This document shows, one piece after another, positions 1 to 10,037 of a stretch of 64,000 bases of DNA. The stretch's first letter is position 1; every line of letters begins with the position of its first letter. A program made the position numbers and the translations under genes. The notes beneath the pieces are model-generated. The model was not told where the DNA came from, did not search any database, and saw nothing but the letters and a program-made list of their open reading frames with translations. Source of the stretch: Chthoniobacteraceae bacterium (lineage in GTDB: Bacteria; Verrucomicrobiota; Verrucomicrobiia; Chthoniobacterales; Chthoniobacteraceae); assembly GCA_031409335.1 (NCBI GenBank), contig JANNWY010000278.1, forward strand, positions 1-64,000, in the 5' to 3' direction.

Positions 1-1
1 T

Positions 2-832
2 CAGACCGGCGAAGCGGACCGCAACGAACTCGACCTGCAACTGGTCGCGCCGAAGTTCGACCTGCCGCTGGAGAACATCACCTGGCGCGTTTACCTGAAC
101 GAAAAGTGGAAGCTCACCAAGTGGACCGGCTCGCTGCAAAAGCAGCGCGATCAAGTCGTCTCGCGGGCCGCGGCGATCGACGTGCAGACCTATCTGCAAA
201 GCGAGGCCACCCAGCAACGCGAGAAAACCAAGGCCGCCGAGCAGATGCTCGCCCTCGGCAACAGCGCCTTGCAACAGGGCGATCCGCAGCAAGCCCGCCG
301 CGCGTTTAACTCCGCCTACGGCCTGAGCCAGCACGACAACGCCTTCAACGAAGACGCCCGCGTGCAACTCCACAATCTCAAGCTCCAGCAAGCCGTCGTT
401 GGCCTGAACGTGCGCAACGGGATCGTCGCCCGCGAGCCCGACGCACTAACTGGTAAACTTCGCGCGAGCGGCAATAAGGATGCGAACTACACTCAACAAG
501 AAGCGAAGCAACTCATCGACCTCAACGAACCTGCCGACAACGCCGCCTTCACCAAACTGGCCGAACGCCTCATCCAGCAACAAGACGCCGCGGTTTCCAA
601 CCCCACCACAATCCAAACCAGCATTCCCCAGCAAGGCCGCCTGCTCACGTTCAGCCGCAGCGTCGTTGTGGATCCAAATTGGGCAGACCTGAAGATCGGC
701 CTCGAGGCGAAAGCGGTTTCATCCGCGGGGTGGTTCAAACGCCTGCTAATCCTCGCCAGCACCGCGTTGGTCCTCGGGATCTTCGCGAGCTTTGCGGGCG
801 GGTTTCGCCGGAAACAACCGGCGGGCAATTAG
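2..832 (+). CDS. Hypothetical protein, 3' part (runs in from the left edge); TPR-like helix and C-terminal TM segment
   Basis: The frame of ORF 182..832 is open back to position 2 (QTGEADRNELDLQLVAPKFDLPLEN...); hydrophobic LLILASTALVLGIFASF near the C-terminus. Confidence 0.7.
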   Translation, partial: QTGEADRNELDLQLVAPKFDLPLENITWRVYLNEKWKLTKWTGSLQKQRDQVVSRAAAIDVQTYLQSEATQQREKTKAAEQMLALGNSALQQGDPQQARRAFNSAYGLSQHDNAFNEDARVQLHNLKLQQAVVGLNVRNGIVAREPDALTGKLRASGNKDANYTQQEAKQLIDLNEPADNAAFTKLAERLIQQQDAAVSNPTTIQTSIPQQGRLLTFSRSVVVDPNWADLKIGLEAKAVSSAGWFKRLLILASTALVLGIFASFAGGFRRKQPAGN

Positions 833-978
833 TCGCGACAGAACCTCTCAGGAGATGATCCCGGCGGGTTTCAGCGCGCCGGTGACGACGCGCGGCGAAG
901 CGCGGAAATGTAGGTGACAATTGGAAACTGTGCGTTCATCGTGCCGCACCCTCTCTCGAGCCAAACCCTCAGCACACC

Positions 979-2268
979 ATGGCAAAATACGAATACATCG
1001 CACTCGACGCCCGCGGCCAGGAATCACGTGGCGTGATCGACGCATCCAATCCCAACGAAGCCGTCGGCCAGTTGCGCCAGTCCGGCTTTTTCCCGACCAG
1101 CGTGGTCGAGGAGGGCAAGGGCGCTCCGGCAGGGAAACAGACGAAGAAAGTGCAAAAGGCGATGAAGGCCGCTTCTGCTCCGAAGGCGAAGGGCGGCATC
1201 CAGCTTTTCACTAAGAAGACGGTGAAAAGCAAAACGCTCATGATTTTCACCCGCCAGCTCGCGACACTGATCGACGCCGGCCTGCCGCTGCTCCGCGGAC
1301 TCACCGTGCTCGCGAAACAGGAAAAGGATCTCGTCTTAAAAAACACGATCAACTCGCTCGCCGACGCCGTGCAGGGCGGCTCGACCTTCTCGGAGTCGAT
1401 GGCGCAGCACCCGCGCATCTTCAACAAACTCTACATCAACATGGTGAAGGCGGGCGAACTCGGCGGTGTGCTCGAGCTCGTGCTGAACCGTCTCGCGGAA
1501 TTCCAGGAGAAGGCGCAGAAGATCAAAAACAAGGTCCTCTCCGCGATGGCGTATCCGGTCATCGTGCTCATCATCGCGATTGCGATCATGATGTTCCTGC
1601 TGGCGTTCATCGTGCCGAAGTTTGAGCAGATTTTCAAAGACATGCTCGGCGGAAAGCCGCTGCCGGCGCTCACGGAATGGGTCATCACGGCGAGCCGGGT
1701 GGTGCAGTCGCAGTGGTATTGGATCTTCGGCGCGCTCGTCGCGATCATCGTGGTTTACCGGGTCATCGCGCGCACGGAGCGCGGCCGGGTATTGCTCGAC
1801 AAGATCCTGCTGCGCGCGCCGCTCTTTGGCGACCTCCAGAGGAAAAGCTCCATCTCGCGATTCAGCCGCACGCTCGGCACGCTCGTGACGAGCGGCGTCC
1901 CGATCCTTCAGGCGTTGAATATCACGCGCGATACCGCCGGCAACGCCGTCGTGGCGGAAGCGGTCACCAAAGTTCACGATGCCGTGAAGGAGGGTGAATC
2001 CATCGTCGCGCCGCTCGAGGCCAGCGGCGTATTTCCGCCGATGGTGATTTCGATGGTGGATGTCGGCGAGGAAACCGGACAGCTCCCGGAAATGTTGTTG
2101 AAGATCGCCGAGGTTTATGACGACGAAGTGGACAACGCCGTGGAAGGCCTGACGTCGCTGCTCGAACCGATCATGATCGTCTTTCTCGCGCTCATCGTCG
2201 GCACGATCGTCATCGCCTTGTTCATGCCGCTGATCGAGATCATCAAGAACATGAACAACTCGCAGTAA
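979..2268 (+). CDS. pilC: Type II secretion/type IV pilus inner-membrane platform protein (GspF/PilC family)
   Basis: FTRQLATLIDAGLPLL, AGELGGVLE, VGEETGQL, LLEPIMIV motifs; two T2SSF repeats. Confidence 0.92.
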   Translation: MAKYEYIALDARGQESRGVIDASNPNEAVGQLRQSGFFPTSVVEEGKGAPAGKQTKKVQKAMKAASAPKAKGGIQLFTKKTVKSKTLMIFTRQLATLIDAGLPLLRGLTVLAKQEKDLVLKNTINSLADAVQGGSTFSESMAQHPRIFNKLYINMVKAGELGGVLELVLNRLAEFQEKAQKIKNKVLSAMAYPVIVLIIAIAIMMFLLAFIVPKFEQIFKDMLGGKPLPALTEWVITASRVVQSQWYWIFGALVAIIVVYRVIARTERGRVLLDKILLRAPLFGDLQRKSSISRFSRTLGTLVTSGVPILQALNITRDTAGNAVVAEAVTKVHDAVKEGESIVAPLEASGVFPPMVISMVDVGEETGQLPEMLLKIAEVYDDEVDNAVEGLTSLLEPIMIVFLALIVGTIVIALFMPLIEIIKNMNNSQ

Positions 2269-2302
2269 CCGGACGGTAACAATCGCCGGTTAAGTTCAGC
2301 GT

Positions 2303-2956
2303 ATGAAAATCGAAAACTCGTCCGAGTCAGGCTTCACCCTCATCGAGATGCTCACCGTCATGGCAGTCATCGGGATCCTCGCGGGGCTCATTGTGGGGGT
2401 GAATGCGTTTGTGCAGAGAAAATCAGCGATGGTGCGCGCCACTGGCGAAATCAAGACGATGGAGGCCGCCTGCGAAAATTACAAAGCGGACGCCGGCGAC
2501 TATCCGCGCGACGTGGGTGGCGGCATCTCCTCGACCGATGACTTGGATCCGCGCATCGATGGCGATCCAACCATCGAGAAATACCGCAAAGCGTCGCTGC
2601 TGCTTTACAAGGAACTCAGCGGCGACAAGGACGCCGACGGCAAATCGAAGGACAAGCCGTATTGCGAATACAACCCCAATCAGCTCCAAAAGAACTCCTC
2701 CGGCGAAATCAAGTTCATCAAAGACCCATTCGGCAACTCCTATGGATACTCCACCGCCGGCAGGTTGCTGGAGGAAACGTATCGCGAGGCATTGCTGCGC
2801 GATCCATCGACGAGCCGTCCATCGGGATCGGACCTGAAAGGGTTTAGCCCAAACTTCGACCTCTGGTCCACCGGCGGCGTCATCTCGAAGACCGGAACCT
2901 CCGGCAGCGCGACCTCGTTGAATTCCGAGCGGAAGCGCTGGGCGAAGAACTGGTAG
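2303..2956 (+). CDS. Prepilin-type N-terminal cleavage/methylation protein (GspG-like pseudopilin)
   Basis: GFTLIEMLTVMAVIGILAG signal; DPFGNSYGY and FDLWSTG GspG-like motifs. Confidence 0.88.
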   Translation: MKIENSSESGFTLIEMLTVMAVIGILAGLIVGVNAFVQRKSAMVRATGEIKTMEAACENYKADAGDYPRDVGGGISSTDDLDPRIDGDPTIEKYRKASLLLYKELSGDKDADGKSKDKPYCEYNPNQLQKNSSGEIKFIKDPFGNSYGYSTAGRLLEETYREALLRDPSTSRPSGSDLKGFSPNFDLWSTGGVISKTGTSGSATSLNSERKRWAKNW

Positions 2957-4639
2957 TCACCCCGGATTTCCGGGAGCGCGCACCAGCGCGCGCAGATTCG
3001 CCAACGTGTCCGCCTCGGCCGGATTCTTGTCCGCGCGCCTGCGATTTATCCGTGGAAAACGCACCGCGAGGCCGGCCTTGTGCCGCGCGGATTGCTGCAC
3101 GGCTTCAAACGCCAGCTCGAACACAAGTTCCGGGCGCACCACGCGGATCGGGCCGAATCTATCGACCGTGTTTGCGCGCACGAACGCATCGACTTCGAGA
3201 ATCTCCGCGTCGGTCAGGCCCGAGTATGCCTTTGCGACCGGCACGAGTTTGCCATCGTCCCAAAGGCCAAACGTGTAGTCGGTGAAAAGGCTCGCGCGGC
3301 GTCCGTGGCCGAGCTGCGCCTGGATGAGCACGGCATCGAGCATCAGCGGATCGATCTTCCATTTCCACCAATCGCCGCGCTGCCGCCCGACGCCATACGG
3401 GGAATCGAGCCGCTTCAGCATGATGCCTTCGACCTGTCGTTCGCGCGATCCGGCCCGCAGCGCCGCGAGCGCTTCCCACGATCCCGCCCGCAGCGTTTCC
3501 GAAATCCGCAGAGGCGAAAGTGCGCGCGGCGCGCCGCCGAAATCGAACAGATCCAGCGTCTCGCAGACCGCACCCGGCGCCGCCGCGAGTGGTCGTTGCG
3601 CCGCGGCCTGCAATTCCTTTTCGAGAAAGGTGCGCCGTTCACGCAGCGGTCGCGCGCGGAGATCATCGCCAGCTTTTTCCAGAAGATCGTACGCGACAAA
3701 CACGACCGGAAACGCCGCCCGCATCCGCGCGCTCACGATCTTGCGACCGAGCCGCCGTTGCAGGCTGGCAAAGGGTTGCGGGGTGTCGCCCTGCCACGCA
3801 AGGATCTCCCCATCGAGCACCGTGCCGTCCGCGAGCGTGCTGCCCGCCTCGGTGATTTCGGGGAAACTTTCCGTCACGATTTCATCGCCGCGCGACCAGA
3901 TCAGCACTTCCCCACGCCGCCGGATCACCTGCGCGCGGATGCCGTCCCACTTCCACTCCGCCTGCCACGCCGCGACTTCGCCCAACGCCGCCGGCTCGCC
4001 TTCCAACTGCGACGCGAGGAAGAACGGATAAGGCCGCGCGACTTCGCCAGCGCCCACGTCGCTCTCGTGCAGCAGCCGCCAAAAATCCTCCGCCGTTGGC
4101 TGCCATTTGCCGAGCAGCCGATGCGCCATGATCGCCTGCTCCACGCCCGCCACCGCCGCCAGCGCGCGCACCACCAGCGTCTGCGCCACGCCCACGCGAA
4201 AGCCACCGGTCATCATTTTATTCCACACCAGCCGCTCGATGCCGCTCAATTCACGCCACGTCCGCAGCAGCAACTCCTTCTTCACCGGCTCCGCCGCGTC
4301 GCGCATCGGCAGCAGCCGCTCCGAGATCAAAGCGTGCAACGGCAAAGCAAGCGTGGAAGCCGATTCCGGGAGCAGCAGCGCCACCGTCTCCGCGAGATCG
4401 CCGACCGCTTCATAACACTCCTCGAAGAGCCACGTCGGCAGCCGCGCCTCCTCGCCCGCCCACCCGCGCAGCAGCGCGGAAGTGATCGCGCGCGGCACTT
4501 TCCGACCGCTCAGAAAATGGAGCGCCCACGCCGCATCGGTCGCATCCGCTTCGCGAAAATACGCCTCCAGCGCGGCGACTTTTTCGCTGGTGCGATTCGT
4601 TTCATCCAGCGCCGTGTAAAGCTGCGCGAACCGCCTCAT
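2957..4639 (-). CDS. ATP-dependent DNA ligase
   Basis: EWKWDGIRAQ (KxDG), LDGEI, EGIMLK, WWKWK, AVRFPRI motifs. Confidence 0.95.
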   Translation of the reverse strand: MRRFAQLYTALDETNRTSEKVAALEAYFREADATDAAWALHFLSGRKVPRAITSALLRGWAGEEARLPTWLFEECYEAVGDLAETVALLLPESASTLALPLHALISERLLPMRDAAEPVKKELLLRTWRELSGIERLVWNKMMTGGFRVGVAQTLVVRALAAVAGVEQAIMAHRLLGKWQPTAEDFWRLLHESDVGAGEVARPYPFFLASQLEGEPAALGEVAAWQAEWKWDGIRAQVIRRRGEVLIWSRGDEIVTESFPEITEAGSTLADGTVLDGEILAWQGDTPQPFASLQRRLGRKIVSARMRAAFPVVFVAYDLLEKAGDDLRARPLRERRTFLEKELQAAAQRPLAAAPGAVCETLDLFDFGGAPRALSPLRISETLRAGSWEALAALRAGSRERQVEGIMLKRLDSPYGVGRQRGDWWKWKIDPLMLDAVLIQAQLGHGRRASLFTDYTFGLWDDGKLVPVAKAYSGLTDAEILEVDAFVRANTVDRFGPIRVVRPELVFELAFEAVQQSARHKAGLAVRFPRINRRRADKNPAEADTLANLRALVRAPGNPG

Positions 4640-4642
4640 CGT

Positions 4643-5653
4643 TCACGCCGCCTGCGGTTCATCGCGCCCTTCGCTCGCCTCACCGACAAATCGCGTCGCC
4701 AGCACATCCGCCTTCCAGCCATTCTCGCGCAGCCAGCGCACCAGCACGCCAGCCGAGCCATGCGTCACCAGCACGCGCTCCGCACCGGTCGCGCGGATCG
4801 ACGCGATCAGCCCATCCCAGTCCGCGTGATCTGAAAGCGCGAACCCGCGATCCAACGCCTGTCGTCGGCGCGCCCCGCGCACCATCATCCAGCCGGAAGC
4901 AAACGCCTTCGACGTCTCGCCAAACCGCCGCAACCACGGCGTGCCATCCACCGAGCCCGGCGCGATCACCAGCCCGCGCCCTGCCAAGGCGCGCGCAGAT
5001 TCCACCGCCTCGATCTCCGGCAGCGCCACCCCCGCCGCCGCGTAGTGCGGCAGCAATTTTGCCACCGCACCATGCACAAAAATCGGGCCGATGGATGCGT
5101 CCACACCCGCCAGCACGCGCTGCGCTTTCCCCAGCGAATACGCGAACAGCACGCTCATCCGCTCTGCCGCTTGATTCCCGCGCCACCACGCATTGATGTC
5201 CGCGAAAATCTCCGCCTGCGGCCGCCAGCGATAGATCGGCAGGCCGAAGGTCGATTCGGTGATGAACGTGTGACACCGCACCGGCTCGAACGGAGCGCAA
5301 GTCGCCTCCGCCTGCGTCTTGAAATCCCCGCTCACCACCCACACCTCGCCGCGATACTCCACGCGCACCTGCGCCGACCCCAGAATGTGCCCCGCCGGAT
5401 GCAACGAAATCGCGACGCCATTCCGCGTCACGCACCCGCCGTATGGCAGCGTCTCGATCCGCACGCACGCCCCGAGCCGCTCCTGCAAAACGCCGCGGCT
5501 GCTTTCCGCCGCGAGATAGCAAGCCGATCCCGCCCGCGCATGATCGCTGTGCGCGTGCGTCGTCACGGCAAAATCGACCGCCTTCCACGGATCGACATAA
5601 AAATCCCCCACCGCGCAGTAGAGCCCGCGGGCAGTGACATTCAGCAGCGTCAT
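4643..5653 (-). CDS. Ligase-associated DNA damage response exonuclease (MBL/beta-CASP fold)
   Basis: THAHSDHA, AGHILGSAQ, FITESTFGLP, YSLGKAQR, LSDHADW; directly upstream of the ligase. Confidence 0.92.
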   Translation of the reverse strand: MTLLNVTARGLYCAVGDFYVDPWKAVDFAVTTHAHSDHARAGSACYLAAESSRGVLQERLGACVRIETLPYGGCVTRNGVAISLHPAGHILGSAQVRVEYRGEVWVVSGDFKTQAEATCAPFEPVRCHTFITESTFGLPIYRWRPQAEIFADINAWWRGNQAAERMSVLFAYSLGKAQRVLAGVDASIGPIFVHGAVAKLLPHYAAAGVALPEIEAVESARALAGRGLVIAPGSVDGTPWLRRFGETSKAFASGWMMVRGARRRQALDRGFALSDHADWDGLIASIRATGAERVLVTHGSAGVLVRWLRENGWKADVLATRFVGEASEGRDEPQAA

Positions 5654-5725
5654 TTGGAGAATGGAGTGAAACGAATCGCGCTTTTGCGCGGGCGAGTGCG
5701 CGGCTCACGACCCTCTACTTCCCCC

Positions 5726-5947
5726 TCAGTCCAGCTCCTCGTCCGGTCCCCAGAGATGCTCCTTGGTCCACTTTTTTTCGTAGAGCTTGCAGAGCCCGAT
5801 GGCACACGCGACGCCGCCCGTGTAGCTCGCGGCGGTCGTGTATTGTTTGTCTTCGTCGTAGGTGCCGACCGCGATCACCACATGGTCGAAGTGTTCGCTT
5901 AGGATTTCAAAAACGCGGTCGATCGCTTGTTGCTGGGCCTCGTGCAT
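5726..5947 (-). CDS. Small hypothetical protein (73 aa)
   Basis: ATG-started ORF with protein-like composition filling the intergenic space. Confidence 0.55.
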   Translation of the reverse strand: MHEAQQQAIDRVFEILSEHFDHVVIAVGTYDEDKQYTTAASYTGGVACAIGLCKLYEKKWTKEHLWGPDEELD

Positions 5948-6003
5948 GTCGGCAAATCAGCATGGTGCGGCGGGTTTGTCCACGCATTGCGGCTGCGCGC
6001 CGA

Positions 6004-6483
6004 TCAGGAAAAAACTGCGGTCACATCCGCGGCGATGCCCACCGCCGGATCGATGGCCTGCTGGCCGGGGATGAAGGTATGATCGGTGCCATCCGCCGTG
6101 TAGATCGTGATGGATCGCGCAGGCGGATTCACGACCCAGCAGGTTTTCACGCCTGCTTTCAGGTAAAGCTCCACCTTTTCCATGACCGGATAGGTGCCCT
6201 GAGTCGGAGAGAGGATCTCGACCGTCATCAGCGGCGGATCCGTGCGGCGAATGATGTCGTGCCGGACATCGAGTGGTTTGCGTGGGTAAATGCTGAGATC
6301 GGGAACGAGCCGGTTTCCGTCGAGTTCGAGTTCGAGTTCGCTATGCACGCGGAATTCGCGCTGTTTCGAGAACTCGACGGCCAGATTCGTCTGAACAATG
6401 GAATGGTTGAAACTTGGCGCGGGCTTTCCTCTTTCCTCGTCGTAACTGAGCGGCTGTGGGTTCTCGCCGATGGCTGTACTCAT
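6004..6483 (-). CDS. Uma2 family (PD-(D/E)XK-like) endonuclease
   Basis: H-x3-Q, VPDLSI, PPLMTVEILSP, KVELYLKAGVKTCWVVNP. Confidence 0.88.
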   Translation of the reverse strand: MSTAIGENPQPLSYDEERGKPAPSFNHSIVQTNLAVEFSKQREFRVHSELELELDGNRLVPDLSIYPRKPLDVRHDIIRRTDPPLMTVEILSPTQGTYPVMEKVELYLKAGVKTCWVVNPPARSITIYTADGTDHTFIPGQQAIDPAVGIAADVTAVFS

Positions 6484-6525
6484 GTCCGGGAGAGTAGTCG
6501 CTGCCCTTTCGTTTGCCAGTAACGT

Positions 6526-7905
6526 TTACGCCTTGCCGAAGAACGCGAGATACGGCTTTGCCTCGTAAATCCGCTGCACGTAAAGCGCCACTTCCCGCGC
6601 GTGGTAGTCGCCCCACATCGAGGATTCGCCGCACGGGATTTTGCGGCCCGGCGGGATGTGATCCCAGCCGTTTGGCCGGTGATAAACGCTGTGCAGGATC
6701 AGGCCCTGGTGCGCGGAATCCGTGGCGAGATACGGCTCGTCGAAAACCGTGCTGAGGACGGTGAGCCCGGCGGAGAAATAGCGTTCACCATCCTGCGCGT
6801 GCCCGTGCTCTTTGAGATAGGTGCCGAGCCTTAACAAACCCTGCGCGGCGATCACCGCGGCAGAGCTGTCCACGGGCTCGTGGTCGTTGAAAGGATCGGC
6901 GGGCCGGTGCAGAAAATCGCCGAGCCGCGCGAGCCCAGGCGCTCCCGTGTCCCAGTATGGCACGCCGTCGGTCGGAGTATTTTCGATGTAAAAATCGCAC
7001 GCGGCGCACGCGGCGCGCAGCATCATGGATTCGATCGCGTCCCGCCCGCCGATCCTTTCCAGCTCTTGATCTCCGAGCGTCGCGATCCATTCGAGCTGTT
7101 CGGCGTAGCCGCACATGATCCACGCCAGCCCGCGCGTCCACGTGGTGAAAGGCGACCAGCCCTGCTGCGAATTCGGGCAGCGATACGAGCCGTCGTTCAC
7201 ATTAAAAATACTCTCGTGCGCGACCCGCCCGCGGACATCGTTCGCATCGCGACCTTCGCCGTAAAAGACCGCGCATTCCGCGGTCGAGCGCGCGTGCGCG
7301 ACGAGCCGGCGCAGCAGCGAAATATTCTCATCGCGCTCGCCCATCAGCACATGCCCGAGCTGGTGGGAAAGCGCGAGCGAACGCAGCGAGCGGATGGTGT
7401 CCGCGAAGAGCGAATGCGGGCCGTTGAACGAATGGATGAAGCCCTCGCCGTTCGCCGTATTCGTCCAGCGCGCGGCCTGCACCGCACCCGAGCATTTCAG
7501 CGCCAGCTCGTAGAAATCGCGCTCCGGTTTCACTTCGGGAATGCGCCCCTCGCCCATGAGCCGCCACAGATTTCCGTACGTGCTCACGTTGTTAAAACCG
7601 TGGTCGTGAACGCCGGTATGCGTCACGTGATGCGCCATGCGCCCGACCGTCCGCTCGCGACCGAGCCGCAAAAATTGCGAATCCCAAAACGCATCGAACT
7701 GCAAAATCGCCGAGCCATACACGAAGCCCTGCGTCCACTCCGTCCAGCCGCGCGCCGTGTATTTTCCCCGCACGGTATAGACCGGCGTCGCCGCGCCAGG
7801 CACTTCGTCGTGGTCGATCGACAGGATCTTTTCAGCCGAAACGGCCCACAGCCGCTCGATCTTTCGCTTCAGGTCCACGGGTTTGATTTGGGGCAAAATT
7901 TTCAT
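6526..7905 (-). CDS. Glycoside hydrolase, GH88-like (unsaturated glucuronyl hydrolase family)
   Basis: WTQGF, HDHGF, TTWTRGLAW, VPYWD, DSSAAVIAA, WGDY motifs. Confidence 0.8.
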   Translation of the reverse strand: MKILPQIKPVDLKRKIERLWAVSAEKILSIDHDEVPGAATPVYTVRGKYTARGWTEWTQGFVYGSAILQFDAFWDSQFLRLGRERTVGRMAHHVTHTGVHDHGFNNVSTYGNLWRLMGEGRIPEVKPERDFYELALKCSGAVQAARWTNTANGEGFIHSFNGPHSLFADTIRSLRSLALSHQLGHVLMGERDENISLLRRLVAHARSTAECAVFYGEGRDANDVRGRVAHESIFNVNDGSYRCPNSQQGWSPFTTWTRGLAWIMCGYAEQLEWIATLGDQELERIGGRDAIESMMLRAACAACDFYIENTPTDGVPYWDTGAPGLARLGDFLHRPADPFNDHEPVDSSAAVIAAQGLLRLGTYLKEHGHAQDGERYFSAGLTVLSTVFDEPYLATDSAHQGLILHSVYHRPNGWDHIPPGRKIPCGESSMWGDYHAREVALYVQRIYEAKPYLAFFGKA

Positions 7906-7910
7906 GCGGT

Positions 7911-8690
7911 TCAGATCGTCCGAAGGTGAAAGCCGCCGTCCACTTGAAAAACCTGCCCGGTCGAATAGGGGAAATGCCCGAGCGCCACGGCGACCACGGC
8001 CTTGCCCACGTCGTCCGGCTGGCCCCAGCGACTGATCGGCGCGAGCCCGCTCGCGAAAAGCGCGTCGTATTTCGCCTGCACCGGCCCGGTCATATCCGTC
8101 GCGATCACGCCCGGCTGGATTTCAAAAACGCCGATCCCAAACTCCGCGAGCCGCACCGCGTAAAGCTGCGTCATCATCGCCAGCCCGGCCTTGGCGATGC
8201 AGTAGTCCCCGCGATTCACCGACGCGGTGAACGCCGAGATGCTCGTGATATTCACGATCGCGCGCGGCAGGTCCGCGAGTGGCGCGGAATCCCGCATCAG
8301 CTTTGCCGCCGCCTGCGTCAGAAAATAGGGGCCTTTCAAATTGATCGCGATCAGCCGGTCGAACGACGCCTCATCGGCTTCGAGAATATCCGCGCGCACA
8401 TTCGGCGCGACGCCCGCGTTGTTCACGAGCAAATCCAACCGCCCAAATTTCGCGCCGACAAATCCGATCATCCGCGCGCGATCCGCCGCGCGTGAAACGT
8501 CCGCCTGCACGATTTCGACGCGCACTTTTCCCGCCGACTCCGCGAGGCACATCTCGCGACATTCGCGCGCGGCGTTTTCGTTGTCGGCAAAGTTGATCAC
8601 CAAATCGTGCCGCCCCGCTTTGGCGAGCGCGAGCGCGATGCCGCGACCGATGCCGCGCGACGACCCGGTGATGAGCGCGACGGGATTCAT
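7911..8690 (-). CDS. SDR family oxidoreductase (3-ketoacyl-ACP reductase-like)
   Basis: [17 protein letters not shown]; start at 8690 chosen because it avoids overlap with plsC. Confidence 0.88.
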   Translation of the reverse strand: MNPVALITGSSRGIGRGIALALAKAGRHDLVINFADNENAARECREMCLAESAGKVRVEIVQADVSRAADRARMIGFVGAKFGRLDLLVNNAGVAPNVRADILEADEASFDRLIAINLKGPYFLTQAAAKLMRDSAPLADLPRAIVNITSISAFTASVNRGDYCIAKAGLAMMTQLYAVRLAEFGIGVFEIQPGVIATDMTGPVQAKYDALFASGLAPISRWGQPDDVGKAVVAVALGHFPYSTGQVFQVDGGFHLRTI

Positions 8691-8694
8691 GCCA

Positions 8695-9315
8695 CTATGG
8701 GCGCTCAAATTTTATCGCGGAAATCCGCTCCATCACGCGCTCACTCAGGCGCTGGTAAAGCTCGCGCCCATCACCAGCGAAATCTTCATCGGTGAAGCGA
8801 AACGGCTCGCCGACGACGAGCGTGATCGGTGTGAAAAGATGCGGACGACCGCCGCGCGGGAATGCCTCGCGCGCACCGAAAATTCGCATGGGGACAACCG
8901 GGCAGCGGGTCTTTGCGATCACCAAACCAAGGCCGGGCAGCGCGGGAAGAAAGTTGCCATCGAGCGTTCGCGAGCCTTCCGGAAATACCACCGTGCAGTG
9001 CCCGGCTTTTATGAGGCGGATTACCGTCTTCAGCGCGGTCATGTCGGCGCGTTCCTGATTGACGGGAATGACGTTCATCCGAGGAAAAAGCGGGCCTAGG
9101 ATGGGCCAGTCGAGCAGGGTCTTGCGGGCGAGATAGTAGATTTCGCGACGGCACGAAATGCCCGCGAGCGGCGGATCGAGATAACTCTCGTGATTCATCG
9201 CGAGGATCGCCCCGCCCTCCTCGATGATGCGCTCGCTGTGGACCGTCTTGAAGCGGAAGAGCGTCCTCGCGATGACGCGGGCAAGCTGTTTGTGAACGGC
9301 GTAGGTGAAGCCCAT
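8695..9315 (-). CDS. plsC: 1-acyl-sn-glycerol-3-phosphate acyltransferase
   Basis: NHESYLDP and FPEGSRT motifs; follows cmk. Confidence 0.88.
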   Translation of the reverse strand: MGFTYAVHKQLARVIARTLFRFKTVHSERIIEEGGAILAMNHESYLDPPLAGISCRREIYYLARKTLLDWPILGPLFPRMNVIPVNQERADMTALKTVIRLIKAGHCTVVFPEGSRTLDGNFLPALPGLGLVIAKTRCPVVPMRIFGAREAFPRGGRPHLFTPITLVVGEPFRFTDEDFAGDGRELYQRLSERVMERISAIKFERP

Positions 9316-9323
9316 CGGGAAAG

Positions 9324-9358
9324 TCGGAAATCAGAAATCCTGATTCTTGAATCCTAAC
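9324..9358. repeat. Degenerate 7-bp tandem repeat between cmk and plsC
   Basis: TCGGAAA TCAGAAA TCCTGAT TCTTGAA TCCTAAC. Confidence 0.5.
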
Positions 9359-9362
9359 ACCT

Positions 9363-10037
9363 TCACCGCCGCGCCCAGACGTGCTCGACATCGAGCCCTT
9401 TCATTTTCAGGCGACCGATGATTTCTCCCACGACTCCGTCGATGGTGAGGCTCGAACTGTCGATCACGTGCGCGTCTTCGGCGATGATGAGTGGGGAATT
9501 GCGACGCGTGGAATCGACCTTGTCGCGCTCGGTGATGGAATCCTGCAAACCCTGGCGGAGTCGGCGAAGGGCGCGGACTTCGGCTGAGGCTTCGATGTAA
9601 AACTTGTAGTCGGTATTGGGAAAAACGACGGAGCCGATGTCGCGGCCTTCCATCACCACGTCGTGATCGGCGGCGTAAACACGTTGTTTTTCAACTAGCA
9701 TTCGGCGGACTTCGGCGATGCCCGAAACGGCGGAAACATTCGCGTTCACCTCCGCGGAGACGAGGTGCGGCGCGGGGTCCGTGCCGTCGATCGTGATGGT
9801 CGATGCGCCATCCGTGAGTCCGCAGCGGATTTCCGCGAAATGCAGGAGCTGCTGAACGCGACCAGCATCGGCGACGGGGACGCCGTGCGAGACGATGTAC
9901 CAAGTCACCGCGCGGTACATCGCGCCGGTGTTCACGTAATTGAATCCGAGCCGCGTCGCGAGCGCGCGGGCGACGCTGCTTTTTCCGCTCGCGGCGGGAC
10001 CGTCGATGGCGATGACGATGTGCGTGGGCGCGGGCAT
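9363..10037 (-). CDS. cmk: Cytidylate kinase
   Basis: IAIDGPAASGKSS, TGAMYRA, VMEGRDIGSVVFP. Confidence 0.95.
   Translation of the reverse strand: MPAPTHIVIAIDGPAASGKSSVARALATRLGFNYVNTGAMYRAVTWYIVSHGVPVADAGRVQQLLHFAEIRCGLTDGASTITIDGTDPAPHLVSAEVNANVSAVSGIAEVRRMLVEKQRVYAADHDVVMEGRDIGSVVFPNTDYKFYIEASAEVRALRRLRQGLQDSITERDKVDSTRRNSPLIIAEDAHVIDSSSLTIDGVVGEIIGRLKMKGLDVEHVWARR

Noticed and set aside
3080..4834. 584-aa plus-strand ORF (likewise 9765..11300 and 32175..33800)
   Set aside because: Shadow ORFs opposite well-supported genes
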